From: Neoechinorhynchus agilis
Lineage: Eukaryota; Animalia; Acanthocephala
Direction of reading: 5' to 3'
Assembly (NCBI GenBank): GCA_051530055.1
Contig: CM121342.1
Location: forward strand, 4,897,489-4,961,488
Length of the DNA stretch: 64,000 nucleotides
Shown here: positions 13,565-27,600 of the stretch, piece after piece
Layout of the letters: each line of letters begins with the position of its first letter
How positions within the stretch are numbered: position 1 is the stretch's first letter
Notes under the pieces: generated by a model
What the model was told of the DNA's origin: nothing
Seen by the model: the letters and a program-made list of their open reading frames with translations, nothing else
Database searches by the model: none
Position numbers and translations under genes: made by a program

Positions 13565-14619
13565 TTAGATAAAAGTACCTCGATGGCACTGGTTAACACA
13601 GGCCACATTATTGATCCGTATGGCATTACTCGTACAAATATTCCGCATTGACGATTTTATACTTTCATCCATTTTGTAACCTTGAGTTGAAACAGTACTA
13701 TAACTACTCTCCACAATACTGTCCGGCCAATCTAAACGGCATTTTAAAGAAAACATAAGCCCATTTGCTGTTTCAATTTACCGGTTGTTGGCTCCTCGAA
13801 GGATAACTCATAATCAGAAAGTTCTGAACAACTATTCGACCAACAGACGGGCGAAGGAGTCGCTTTCGAGTCAATGTTCCTTCCAATTTGTTCAACCTGT
13901 GGACAACATGGGTAGGACGATACGTCAAAGTCGTCCGGACTAGACTGATCGCCATCCGTTGATGAAATTGTAACCAGTGAAATTATCGAAGACAAATCAG
14001 TGTTGGTTGGGAATTCACATGATTCAAGAGAGCTTGCACTAACTTTGGACGATGCACGAGCACTTTGTAATTTCCATAAAGGTTCCATTTCGCCGTGTTC
14101 TTTATATGGATTCCGAATACGAACTTCGCCGGGACACAGAGGTGTACGACTAATTGTGAAAATCAATTTCACGCTTTCTTACTAATCGGCAAATTCACAT
14201 TTTTGGGACGTCAAATCAATTGATCAAACCGGGGTCCCAAGTAAAAAAAAGCAATAATTGAACTCTGTCGTCCGTTGAGCTTATAGGAATGTTCTGATAA
14301 ATTCTCTATGAAATCTAAAAAGCGCAATTTCTCAGAAAAAAGTGAAATATTAATCAGAAGTGTTTAGATTCTCATGATAGAAATGCCAACGTTTCAGAAT
14401 AAATCTTAAAGGTGTAGATATTTGAAAGCTTTCTTCAACCTGCCAATTCAGTGTATAATGCCGCAAAAGATAGGTTTCCTCTAAAAATTGTAAACTGCCA
14501 AAGACAAGGTTATTTGGAATTTCGTTATTAGTAACATCCAATAATTGCATAGTGCAATCCGGGTTAAGGTTGTGATTTAAGTGCCAAAATGTCCGAATCC
14601 AAGAAAAATCTTCGATCAA
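13565..14619 (-). CDS. Multi-exon uncharacterised gene; N-terminal part weakly reminiscent of an ATG13-like HORMA domain followed by a Ser-rich region
   Basis: ORFs 14350-14619, 13744-14172 and 13565-13756 are joinable by short GT-AG introns. SEHSYKLNGRQ..IIAFFYLG is only loosely similar to ATG13, so identity is uncertain. Confidence 0.35.
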
Positions 14620-14984
14620 ACTCGCGTTTTAATGCTTTAACTTTTCTTTTTATTAATACAACTTTGTTTCAGTTCGACGAACATTAAGACTACTTAGAAT
14701 TCAAAACGAATGGCGCTAGACGACTTCAAGTGCCAAAATGTTATATTTTAACATGCAAATTATTTCTTTGTCACAGAAGCAGTAAAAGAAGTAGTTAAAA
14801 GCTTTTACTTCGATGATCACTAAACAATCAAGCACTATATTTAAATTTAGATTCGCATTTATTTTTACTATCGTGGCTTTTACAGATAATTTATTGGTTT
14901 CCATTAAAAAAAGGAGTGCAGTAATCATAAACAAGTTTTATTAACATCTTCTTACATGTCGCTCATTATATTCGGGCGTCATTG

Positions 14985-17900
14985 TCAAAGCATTTCCAGA
15001 TTAAATCCGTCGAAATCCAATAATCCTTTCCAGTACTCTACGAGAGCACTAAGAAGAAGACTTTTCACAATTTTATGATCGACGACGATGATCGCTTACG
15101 TTGTTCCAGTGATTATTGAATGAAATTCGGGCATTAATTTGTTCAAAAGTGAGAAGCACGGTACGCAAATGTGGCTGAGGAATCCGAGTTGTAGTTTCGG
15201 AAGATTGTGTTGTTGGTCCCTATCGAGCATATTGACCACAGCGATTCCCCTTTTCTTTTGTTCGTCTCCTTGTAAATAAAATTCGTTCATCATTTTCCTT
15301 AGAACTTTTCGTTGTTGATCGATTGATTTGTAGTTTACGTTTAAATCAGCAGCTGTCATGATAAGACTCATTAGGAGTTTTCTAAAAAAAAGTTGTTGAT
15401 TTGGACACAAAGACGAAGTGTTCGAACCTGTGTTGGTCATCTTCAAAATCAAATTGATTTTCTGATTGAATTCTGGACAACTTTTCGAAATGGACCGAAT
15501 GGAGTTCGAGGTCAGTGCTGAGAATGCAGTGCTTAAGGTTTCCGATCATTCTCTTGTATTGGCTTGAATCAAGATCTTTGAAGATGTTACAATCATCCCT
15601 TTGTAGAATGGCTACAGCCCGATTAAAATGGTGGTTTTCCATTGTGGACATGGTGTAGAGTGCTCCAAGGGCCGTCCCCGTTTGGACCATAAATGAATTA
15701 GTCTTTCCCATGTGATCGAGGTCGTGACAAAGTGAAGCCACGAATAGTGCCAGAATCTAAGAAGGTCATTTTAGACAACCAGAAAATAATCTTGCCTCTT
15801 CCAAATCAAATCGATAAGTCTTCATGTTCTTTATTATGGCGTAGGTGGCGTTAGCGACACTGAACGCATGATGCCAACTGTGATAAGGAATATCTCGGTA
15901 GTTTTTTCGGACCGTCAACACGAATCGAATGAACGTATCTCGATCGATTCTTAATTATTTTTTTTAATATTATTTTCAAAAGACTTCTTACTTGCAATCG
16001 AGGTCATTGAGCATCATCTCTACACATTGACACTTTTGATCTGCACTTACAATCCAAGGGTCAAAGTTAATCATTTGCATTTGTTCACATGAAAACGAAG
16101 GCAAAATCCGAAGATAGTCATTAACTTCAGTCTCAGTGTAAGACGCATGGTAAGTAAGTGCTTCGAGTACCACTTTCAATCGATATTCAGACAATTCCTT
16201 TGTCTTGTACAACTTCAAGAAAACACTAAAGCAATTCGATTTTGAGCTTTAAAACTTACCTGAGCGTGATTTATTGCTAGACCGCAATAAATAGCAAATA
16301 TCCCGAAAGCTTTCTCATCAGCTTCAGTGAACTTTCCTTTTAACTTGTTAATTAACTCCATGACGCCTATTACCCTAAATGTTAAAACGGATTAGCTAAG
16401 TGCAACAACGATTACACAAATGTAGATCACTGTTCTCGCAAAAAAACCCGGTTTCCTTAATTTCTTGTAAACTACATAAATCTATTTTACAAAAAGGTTT
16501 CAAGAAAACACGTTAGTTTTTGAAGACCATACAATAAAATCTGCTTAAGTGTTGTTTTTTTTGCACTTTCTAACACTCAAAGTTTTTCAATGGAAATGTC
16601 GACCATTCTGGATCATTGGGTTTTTCTCAATGAAAAGAATCCCAAATAGAAGATATTAATCACAAAGAGAAAATCCTTGGGGATCATTCGAATTTGGTGA
16701 AGACATTAGGTCAGTTGTGTAGAATAATTTCTTTGGTCTGTGTTCCAATTTTTTTAAAAACGATGCTTTCAAAATTAAATTTTTTTAAACCACAAAGCGA
16801 CAGAAAATCCAAAATACATTCTTGTCTCCATCTGATTGGCTCGTCGTGTTTTAAATACAACGTTAATTCACGAAACTCTTTTTAACTAACCTATCATCAT
16901 TCCAGATCGGCATGCATAAAAGAGATTTTGTTCGGTAACCTGTGGCTTCGTCGATAGCCCTGTGAAGATAATCGACATCGTTTGCTCGATAATAACAAAC
17001 CGATTAAATCTTTTATCAAGATAGGCATCCTCGAGATTTACCGATTCTCCAACCATTGCAACATGACCAGCGATTCCTTTGTCGACTGGAAATCTTGTAG
17101 CGTTCAACTTAATTTAAGATTACGAACAGTTTACCACCGACCTTATGTCCGCAGTAGAGAGCCTCCTATCCATCAACTTGATTTCATTGCCGTGATCAAA
17201 GTACTTGGCATAGAGTTCGTTTTTCTCGAAATCAACTAAGAACAACGAAGCTCTCTCCGCTAAAACGAGCTTCTTGGCGAAATTTAAAATTTTCATCAAA
17301 ACAACGTCAATATCGTTCATGTCTTTAAAAATGGATTTGGTAACTGAAAGCAGAAAATCGCTTAGTCGCCTGGACGACGCAGTCACTTTGAACTGTTCGA
17401 AAAGCGTGAGAATTGATCGGCGATTCGAGATAATACTTACATCGAATGCATTGCTGACATGCAAATCAGTAAGATTAGCCAAATGATCGATTTTGTACAT
17501 TTCAGCTACTCCTAAATAGAAGAGCCCTTTCAATATTCGTTAGAAACAAATTTTAGAAAAAAACCGAGCAGTTGACCAGAAGAGGTAACGAACGGCTGAC
17601 AAAAGATTTGATCGACGTCTGATGGGCATTTGTAGACGGCATTCGGGCTTGAATTTGAAGTCAATAATTTGTTCAATGAGATCGTGATTGATCTTTTGTT
17701 GATTGCACAGTATTGGCAAAGGTATCGGTCATTATCCAATCCGATATTTTCATTAGTTTCACCGTCAGCAGAAGCCCTTTAAAAAGATTGCACTTTAAAT
17801 TCTTCGAAAAGTGATTCCTCGAACTAACCCGCCGAAAACTGTCCGGATTATTCTCAGACCATTCGAATCATACGCATAGAATCGATATCCATCGAGTCCA

Positions 17901-18820
17901 AGAACATTCATGAGGATATTGGTAAAATCCTCCAACAAGGAAAACTTATGGCGATCGTCCATTGAGCCAATACATTCACTCAATAGTTTCACATCGTTCA
18001 ATCTCTCTGCTGCATCGAATTCGAGCTCATCTCGTGCGTGTAAGGCGGCTACCTCAGCCAAATATCTTGATGAGCTATTTTTTAAATTCCCAATTTCTCC
18101 TAAAACCTAACTTAATACCCGAGAAATAGTTGTGGATTAATACCTTTTGAACTTAAAGCACTGCAATCATCCATCCAATGAGCGATAGTAGATTTAGGAA
18201 TATTATTGGCAACAAAATCGCCTAATTGGTCCTCGTGTGTCAATAAATATTTCTTCATTTCATTCGGCATTATGTTTCCTAAAATTATTTTTTTGTAGCA
18301 ATTGGTACAAAGTTACTAATGAATACATTTACAAAATGCATTATTAATTTATCTTTTTTCTCATTGGTTGAATAAAATTCGGTAGTGGACACATGATGTC
18401 CGCTGGAACAATTTTTTTTACTAAGAAACAATCCTCGCTCGTTCACTAGAAAAGTTCCGGACAACAAATTAGACGTTTGCTTTAAGTTTCGAGATCGATA
18501 AGCCTCGATACACCTCGGCAATTTCTAACACAACGAACGATACAAGTGTAAAAAAGGAAATGGATGTTTCTTTTTAAATCTCTTTTGAGTACTAAACAAC
18601 AATTTAAATAGATTCTCTATAATAACATGCTCAGAAGGCGCCACTTACCAAGTTCAATTGAGTCAACATTGCAGTTGACCTTGGGGATTTTGATTGCATC
18701 GAAGTCACTGATTGATGATCGTCGTGCTGATCCGCAACAGAGTATTCTCATTAAAGTGCGACTGATCGATTTCTGCTTCGCCGTCGATGAATTAGACATT
18801 CTAGATTCCTTGATCATCAT
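14985..18820 (-). CDS. PDE10A: GAF-domain cyclic nucleotide phosphodiesterase of the PDE10 type, many short introns including a 39-nt GC-AG intron (15757-15795)
   Basis: MKKYLLTHEDQLGDFV N-terminus, RLSDFLLSVTKSIF, RFPVDKGIAGHVA..DAYLDKRFNR (GAF), and YHSWHHA, HDLDH, HHFNRA, AADL and EFYLQGD catalytic motifs. Confidence 0.92.
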
Positions 18821-19424
18821 CTACAATGCGACGAGGGGAAAAAATGAGAGGATGATGTGGTTGGAAAGCCGCAAAGTTTACTTTGTTGAGTGGTCCTTTT
18901 ATTTTTTAAGTAGATTGAATCAATGAGAGAAAATGTATGTAGTGGATGTGCGAAGGAAGCATACAACTACACATTCTCGTCTTCCTATTTCTTAAACATT
19001 AGTCAAATGACATTTAGTGCCACACTCGTTTCCTCCAAATTTCGTTCTTAGTTCCGAATGTAATTGCAAAATGCGAGAATAGAGAGAAAAACCGAGCTAG
19101 CCTTTGAAACGTCCATTAATTTTTGTTGCTTTTTAAAAAATCAACTGTTTGTTTTGCTACTTTTAGAGAGAAGGTTAATTCCACCAGCTTTAGACTCTTC
19201 ATGCCAGAAAAAAAACAGCCAAAGAATGCATTTCTCCACATAACACACTAATATGCTGCTCAGTTCGCCCCTGCGCAACACTTTGTCTTAAGAAACATTG
19301 CATGCGCGTGGTTGACACTTCTACGCATTGTGCCCAAATCCACGCTCCCATCTATCTGGCACACGTGCCACCCGCAAAAAAATGGTGCCTGGGTTGAGGT
19401 ATACTAATAATATGCAGCTTTTTA

Positions 19425-22400
19425 ATTTAGATCCGAAAAATTTGGTTTTTTCTCAAATTAACCAAAGAAGTCTTTAAAACTCATGAGGGTTTGGTGTTGT
19501 TTTAGATCCGAAAAAATGGGTTTTTCTCAAACAAACCAAAGAAGTCTTTAAAACTCAGGAGGGTTTGGTGTTTTTTCTCAATTTAGATCCGAAAAATTTG
19601 GTTTTTTCTCAAATGAACCAAAGAAGTCTTTAAAACTCATGAGGGTTTGGTGTTTTTTTTCTCAATTTAGATCCGAAAAATTTGGTTTTTTCTCAAACAA
19701 ACCAAAGAAGTCTTTAAAACTCAGGAGGGCTTGGTGTTGTTTTAGATCCGAAAAAATGGGTTTTTCTCAAACAAACCAAAGAAGTCTTTAAAACTCATGA
19801 GGGTTTGGTGTTTTTTTCTCAATTTAGATCCGAAAAAATGGGTTTTTTCTCAAATGAACCAAAGAAGTCTTTAAAACTCAGGAGGGTTTGGTGTTTTTTT
19901 CTCAATTTAGATCCGAAAAATTTGGTTTTTTCTCAAACAAACCAAAGAAGTCTTTAAAACTCAGGAGGGCTTGGTGTTGTTTTAGATCCGAAAAAATGGG
20001 TTTTTCTCAAACAAACCAAAGAAGTCTTTAAAACTCAGGAGGGTTTGGTGTTTTTTTCTCAATTTAGATCCGAAAAAATGGGTTTTTTCTCAAACAAACC
20101 AAAGAAGTCTTTAAAACTCAGGAGGGCTTGGTGTTGTTTTAGATCCGAAAAAATGGGTTTTTCTCAAACAAACCAAAGAAGTCTTTAAAACTCAGAGGGT
20201 TGTGTTGTTTTAGATCCGAAAAAATGGGTTTTTCTCAAACAAACCAAAGAAGTCTTTAAAACTCATGAGGGTTTGGTGTTTTTTCAATTTAGATCCGAAA
20301 AATTTGGTTTTTTCTCAAATGAACCAAAGAAGTCTTTAAAACTCATGAGGGCTTGGTGTTGTTTTAGATCCGAAAAATGGGTTTTTCAAACAAACCAAAG
20401 AAGTCTTTAAACTCAGGAGGGTTTGGTGTTTTTTTCTCAATTTAGATCCGAAAAAATGGTTTTTTCTCAAATGAACCAAAGAGTCTTTAAAACTCATGAG
20501 GGTTTGTGTTTTTTTAGATCGAAAAATTGGTTTTTCTCAAAAAAACTCATGAGGGTTTGGTGTTTTTTTAATTTAGATCCGAAAAAATGTTTTTCTCAAA
20601 AACCAAAGAGTCTTGAAGTCTTTAAAACTCAGGAGGGCTTGGGTTGTTTTAGATCCGAAAAATGGGTTTTTCTCAAACAAACCAAAGAAGTCTTTAAAAC
20701 TCAGGAGGGTTTGGTGTTTTTTTCTCAATTTAGATCCGAAAAAATGGGTTTTTCTCAAACAAACCAAAGAAGTCTTTAAAACTCAGGAGGGCTTGGTGTT
20801 GTTTTAGATCCGAAAAATGGGTTTTTCTCAAACAAACCAAAGAAGTCTTTAAAACTCAGGAGGGCTTGGTGTTGTTTTAGATCCGAAAAAATGGGTTTTT
20901 CTCAAACAAACCAAAGAAGTCTTTAAAACTCATGAGGGTTTGGTGTTTTTTCTCAATTTAGATCCGAAAAATTTGGTTTTTTCTCAAATGAACCAAAGAA
21001 GTCTTTAAAACTCATGAGGGCTTGGTGTTGTTTTAGATCCGAAAAAATGGGTTTTTCTCAAACAAACCAAAGAAGTCTTTAAAACTCAGGAGGGTTTGGT
21101 GTTTTTTTCTCAATTTAGATCCGAAAAAATGGTTTTTTCTCAAATGAACCAAAGAGTCTTAAACGAGGGTTTGTGTTTTTAGATCCGAAAAATTGGTTTT
21201 TTCTCAAACAAACCAAAGAAGTCTTTAAAACTCATGAGGGTTTGGTGTTTTTTTCTCAATTTAGATCCGAAAAAATGGGTTTTTTCTCAAACAAACCAAA
21301 GAAGTCTTTAAAACTCAGGAGGGTTTGGTGTTGTTTTAGATCCGAAAAAATGGGTTTTTTCTCAAACAAACCAAAGAAGTCTTTAAAACTCATGAGGGCT
21401 TGGTGTTGTTTTAGATCCGAAAAAATGGGTTTTTCTCAAACAAACCAAAGAAGTCTTTAAAACTCAGGAGGGTTTGGTGTTTTTTTCTCAATTTAGATCC
21501 GAAAAAATGGGTTTTTTCTCAAACAAACCAAAGAAGTCTTTAAAACTCATGAGGGTTTGGTGTTGTTTTAGATCCGAAAAAATGGGTTTTTCTCAAACAA
21601 ACCAAAGAAGTCTTTAAAACTCAGGAGGGTTTGGTGTTGTTTTAGATCCGAAAAAATGGGTTTTTCTCAAACAAACCAAAGAAGTCTTTAAAACTCATGA
21701 GGGTTTGGTGTTTTTTCTCAATTTAGATCCGAAAAATTTGGTTTTTTCTCAAATGAACCAAAGAAGTCTTTAAAACTCATGAGGGCTTGGTGTTGTTTTA
21801 GATCCGAAAAAATGGGTTTTTCTCAAACAAACCAAAGAAGTCTTTAAAACTCAGGAGGGTTTGGTGTTTTTTTCTCAATTTAGATCCGAAAAAAATGGTT
21901 TTTTCTCAAATGAACCAAAGAGGTCTTCAAAACTCATGAGGGTTTTGTGTTTTTTTTCTCAATTTAGATCTGAAAAATTTGGTTTTTTCTCAAATGAACC
22001 AAAGAGGTCTTCAAAACTCATGAGGGTTTGGTGTTTTTCTTAATTTAGATCCGAAAAATTTGGTTTTTTCTCAAATGAACCAAAGAGGTCTTTAAAACTT
22101 ATGAGGGTTTTGTGTTTTTTAAGATCAGAAAAAAATGGTTTCTTCTCAAGTGAACCAAAGAGGTCTTCAAAACTCATGAGGGTTTTGTGTTTTTTTAGAT
22201 CAGAAAAAAATGGTTTTTTCTCAAATGAACCAAAGAGGTCTTCAAAACTCATGAGGGTTTTGTGTTTTTTTTCTCAATTTAGATCTGAAAAATTTGGTTT
22301 TTTCTCAAATGAACCAAAGAGGTCTTCAAAACTCATGAGGGTTTGGTGTTTTTTCTTAATTTAGATCCGAAAAATTTGGTTTTTTCTCAAATGAACCAAA

Positions 22401-23460
22401 GAGGTCTTTAAAACTTATGAGGGTTTTGTGTTTTTTAAGATCAGAAAAAAAATGGTTTCTTCTCAAGTGAACCAAAGAGGTCTTCAAAACTCATGAGGGT
22501 TTTGTGTTTTTTTAGATCAGAAAAAAATGGTTTCTTCTCAAGTGAACCAAAGAGGTCTTCAAAACTCATGAGGGTTTTGTGTTTTTTAGATCCGAAAAAA
22601 ATGGTTTCTTCTCAAATGAACCAAAGAAGTCGTTAAAACTCATGAGGATTTTGTGTTTTTTTAGATCCGAAAAAAATGGTTTGTTCTCAAATGAACCAAA
22701 GAAGTCTTTAAAACTCATGAGGGTTTAGCTTTTTTTAATTAAAAAAAACCTTTACAAATTTTCTTCTCAAACAAACCAAAGAGGTCTTTAAAACTCATGT
22801 GGATTTTGCGTTTTTTAATTTAGATCGGATTAAAATTCCTTATTTTCTTCTCAAATAAACCAAAAAAGTCTTTAAAACTCATCAGGGTTTACCTTTTTTT
22901 AATTAAAAAAATACCTTTGCAAATTTTCTTCTCAAATAAACGAAAGAGGTCTTTAAAACTCATGAGGTTTTGGCTTTATTTTCAATTTAGAGGAAAAACT
23001 ACAAAAACATTAATGTATTCTTTTTTCTTCTCAAATAAACGAAAGAGGTCTTTAAAACTCATGAGGTTTTGGCTTTATTTTCAATTTAGAAGAAAAACTA
23101 CAAAACTTTAATGTATTCTTTTTTCTTCCCAAATAAACCAAAGAAGTCTTTAAAACTCATGGGGGTTTGGCTTTATTTTCAATTTAGAGGAAAAACTACA
23201 AAAACCTTAATGTATTCTTTTTTCTTCTCAAATAAACGAAAGAGGTCTTTAAAACTCATGAGGGTTTGGCTTTATTTTCAATTTAGAAGAAAAACTACAA
23301 AAACTTTAATGTATTCTTTTTTCTTCCCAAATAAACCAAAGAAGTCTTTAAAACTCATGGGGGTTTGGCTTTATTTTCAATTTAGAGGAAAAACCACAAA
23401 CACCTTAACGCCTTCTACTTTCTTCTCAAATAAACAAAAAGGTCTTAGAAGTTCATCAGG
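19425..23460. repeat. Tandem satellite with alternating ~75 and ~81-84-bp unit variants, ~50 copies, degenerating toward the right end
   Basis: TTTAGATCCGAAAAA..CCAAAGAAGTCTTTAAAACTCA(T/G)GAGGG repeated at 19429, 19504, 19585, 19669, 19744 and onward. Confidence 0.97.
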
Positions 23461-23799
23461 TGTAGCACGAAAATATGGCTTCCTGGCTCGTCGAATATGT
23501 TCATTGGTCGATATTTCACATTGTCGATTTAACTTCGATTTCAACTCAGCAAAAGACTTTTTCCTCTGCAGAGGCATCTCTCGAGATAGGAAATCGTCTG
23601 CTGTAAGATATGGAGCAACGATCTTACATAATACACCCCCGAGTCCTATGACATTACCGTCAATTCGGCTGAAAATGTCGTTTTTGTGACTTGATGTCAA
23701 GACGTTTCTTTTTTTTGAGACTTCAATTTTGCTTACAATTTTGAGAAAACATTTATACCAAAATTCAAGATGAAAAATGGATCTGGTGTCGGTGTTCAA
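23377..23799 (-). CDS. Possible exon/ORF of an unidentified gene whose 3' end overlaps the degenerate satellite edge
   Basis: 140-aa open frame with protein-like composition; no family recognised. Confidence 0.25.
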   Translation of the reverse strand: MNTDTRSIFHLEFWYKCFLKIVSKIEVSKKRNVLTSSHKNDIFSRIDGNVIGLGGVLCKIVAPYLTADDFLSREMPLQRKKSFAELKSKLNRQCEISTNEHIRRARKPYFRATPDELLRPFCLFEKKVEGVKVFVVFPLN

Positions 23800-24199
23800 T
23801 TATAATTTTCGATCGAATTTTTTTCGGTTAGAACAGAGACAAATCCCGTAGAATACTCAAGTTTTTTTAACTAAGAAATTATAGATAATTCACGCGTATT
23901 ATACGCTTTATCGATGGAAATTAAAAACCGTAACTGGACCATTAAGGCGAATATTCATTGCAAACATAATTCTAGCATTAATTTTCGCATTTTAATATTA
24001 AAAAAAAGGCTATTGTGCGCCTTATATAGAAGCACTCTACTCGTTTCTATGAACCTTTCTTCTGAACGCATTTGAATCATTTGTGCTTAAAAAAATCGGG
24101 GGTGAAATGAATCTATCAAATTCCATTTTGCGTTCTAAGGACTTCAAAAATAATTATTGATGAATTTTAGTTGAGTCTTTGGAGAAAATGGCCCGATAA

Positions 24200-24581
24200 T
24201 GTTTTCCCTTTTACACTAAGTGCTCCTAGGGCGTAATTTGTCTAGAAAAAAGCATTTTGCTCGCAAATAGTCATCTAAAAACCTGTTTGCAATTTTTTTT
24301 GAAAACTTAAAATCACAAATGACCTGCGACATGCAAATCGCCAAGGGCTTTGACAACGGCATTCCATTCGAACCGGTCGGTTAAAGCAAAGATCGGCGCA
24401 AAAAACTCGGTGAAGTGGCGAAGAAAAGGAGAAACACAAACGTTTTTTTATAACCAATCGTGCCGTTGAGAACATTAATGCAGTCGGTCCAAGCACCGCG
24501 GATTAACCCGATTTTTTGTTTATCAGAGAGTGAGCGAGCCATCGATGGAATAAAGGATAAAGATGTTTCGCAGTTTCCCAT
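24200..24581 (-). CDS. Candidate small globin-like gene with an N-terminal acylation motif (needs one homopolymer frameshift correction)
   Basis: MGNC start; LSDKQKIGLIRGAW (A-helix-like). After a shift at an A7 run the reading gives SPFLRHFTEFF..VVKALGDLHV (distal and proximal His-like). The B-D segment is too short for a normal globin. Confidence 0.3.
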
Positions 24582-24646
24582 TGAAACAATGAGCGCTTGG
24601 CTTAAAAAAAACGTCTTATTACGAGATTTATTTAAGGAGCTTAGAT

Positions 24647-27600
24647 CTATTCAAGGGAACTAACCAGTGGTCCAATGGATTCACACAATTCGCTGAAATC
24701 CTTTTCTAATTGCTTGTGGTATTCAACTTGATCAAGATCAATCAATCCTTTGTTGACTTGAAGACCCGAAGCACACAAAAATAGAAAGTCGCTCATGGCC
24801 AACTTTAAAGTTTCTCGCAAATCTTGAACACTCATTGTGTTCTGACGTCCACTGATCATTTCACAATTATTACTACTTTCGATCGGTTGTCGTAGAAATT
24901 GATTTGCGATTTCAACAGGTCCTGCATTCACTTTTGCACTGACGCTCCCCTGTAAAGTAGATATTCCTGTGTCCACGAAAGCGAAACAAATAGAAGCTAT
25001 AAATTCATTTTCGACTTTTAAAATGAAAACGTGAAAAGAAATTCTCTTTTATTTGTCTAAATAGTTTCCAAACCTCATCTATTGGAATCTCATTTGTTAA
25101 TCACCAGTTCACTAACAAACTAATAATAATGCGAAACCCACACGAGAAGAGTTCTAACCTACAATTTTATTAATTCCACAACACATTGTAAAGGAGTACT
25201 TTTTGACTTTTTTTTTAATATTCTTCAATTTTACATTGAAGTTTGGAACTGTGTGAAATTAATAAAAAAAATCTAGTCAAAAACCCGTAAACTGAACCAA
25301 GAAGACCTACTCGAAAAGCACTTGTAAGTATTTCAGATCACACGGTTCTTGGTTAATGGCATTCCTCAGCTCATCGGATTTCTTCTTAACGTCTTCGATC
25401 GCAACCTCGATTGGCAATAATACAAATTGAGCTGTACTTATGATGGGTATTCTCGTCTTAATGTAAGGAAATGCTCGTTTAGTAGTTAATATCGTTCTCC
25501 TTTGATATTGATCTCCTAATTGTCCGTGCGGTCTTCCATTTAAAGTGAACGGCGTGGAGTATACAAATCTTCGAAGGTTATAACTCTTTTCGAAATGGGT
25601 CTGCCGGTGCTTTAAATCGCTCAAGTCCATATATGGTTCAACGTATGTAATTTGAATGTATACCTACTCAAATCGGACATTTTAAACCAAATCCGAAAAA
25701 TAATCCTTTTTTTTTAAAAGAAACGATTCAAGTGTACAGAATTTTCTTCTTTAAAACACAATGACTGCAAACAATTGCACAATTATCGATTTTGCATCCG
25801 CAAATTGTTCTTATAAAATTTAAAACAGTTCAGCACTTAAATCAGCGATCTTTTGTCTTTTTTTAATGAAACCCCTTTAATTACCGATATTTCACGGTTT
25901 ACAAGAAGTTTTCATGTGGTAAATAATTTTTTTCGCACTAAAGACGTTCTGCGAACTCGTCTATTACTAACAAACTGATGATGAATAATACACGAGGTTC
26001 ACAGAACGTCTTTAGTTCACAAAAAACTATTCACCACATGAAAACTTCTTCTAAACAATAAGTCTAAAATTTTATAACCCGCGGTACCTCCTCCTCCTCC
26101 GCACATATCGACATTTTCTCAAGGATTGTCTACACGCAATGACAATTCTTGGGAAAATGTCGGATTTATCCGACTTGAAATATCAGTAATTAATATTCTT
26201 AGCTACAAGCAATCCAGATCATCAGCTAAAAGTTTATAGTTCACTGGCATTACAACTCACCTTGTTTCGAATATCAAGAGATTTCCGTTCAACATTCCTT
26301 GAATCCTTAATGATCTCCACTCGGTCACTTCCGAATTTCTCACCATATAAATGCTCAAAACGAACAAGTAGACAATTTTGAATCAAAAGACCTATACCCA
26401 CCTCCAATCGCTGCGATATTTCTACAAGTTTTGTAAACGCCGGTTCTTTGTAGACAAACTCCCATTCATCAACTTCATTGAACGATTCTCCATAGAACGC
26501 AACTCGAAAATAGGTGCCAAAGAGCCTCTTTTGGCCCTAAAGTTTACAGATTGTTGTTCGAATTCTCACAAAATAATTTAAAATTACATGGCCTGTGAGT
26601 TGGTAACGAAAATCATAGAAAATTCAGCAGCCAAAGTTAATCGAAAGATCTGAATGAAGTCCAGAACCTAACACTCAATGTATTCTGTTAAATTATTATT
26701 TTGAGGTCGATCATCACAAGCCGAGAGGGAGATCGTTAAAGTCGAATGGATATATTAAAAAAGATTTGAATTGATAATTACTGATTGAATTAGTCGACAA
26801 ATACGCAATTTTTTGGACGAAATAAAATAGGCATTTTATTATTTTGCGGTCGATCATCACAAGTCGAGAGGGAGAGATCGTTAAAGTCGAATGGATATAA
26901 GTCGATTAATTGAATCAGTTATTATAACTTAGAATTAATCTCCAGAAAAACTTAAAAAAGATTTGAATTGATAATTACTGATTGAATTAGTCGACAAATA
27001 TGCAATTTTTTGGACGAAATAAAATAAGCATTTTATTATTTTGCGGTCGATCATCACAAGCGAGAGGGAATCGTTAAAGTCGAATGGATATAAGTCGATT
27101 AATTGAATCAGTTATTATAACTTAGAATTAATCTCCAGAAAAATAAAATTTGAATTGATAATTACTGATTAATTAGTCGACAAATAGCAATTTTTTGAGA
27201 AATAAAATAGCATTTTATTATTTGCGGTCGATCATAAGGAGAGGGAGATCGTTAAGCGAATGGTATAGTCGATTAATTGAATCAGTTATTATAACTTAGA
27301 TAATCTCCAAAAAACTTACAAGCGATTTGAATTGATAATTACTGATTGAATTAGTCGACAAATACGCAATTTTTTGGACGAAATAAAATAAGCATTTTAT
27401 TATTTTGAGGTCGATCATCACAAGCCGAGAGGGAGATCGTTAAAGTCGAATGGATATAATTAGATTAATTTAATCAGTCATTATAACTTAGAATTCCTAA
27501 AAAACCCGGCGAAAGCAATCTAATATCTGTGTTTCTCGAGAGAGAGAGTCTACTTGTTAGTAGTGTTTCAAAAGATCGCTTTAAAAAACTGTTTCACAAG

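Noticed and set aside
20400-20660. Patches of indel-rich repeat units (also about 21150, 27060-27300, 44400-44480 and 57110-57300)
   Set aside because: Local runs of single-base deletions look like low-quality long-read consensus rather than biology. They also caution against over-reading single frameshifts elsewhere.
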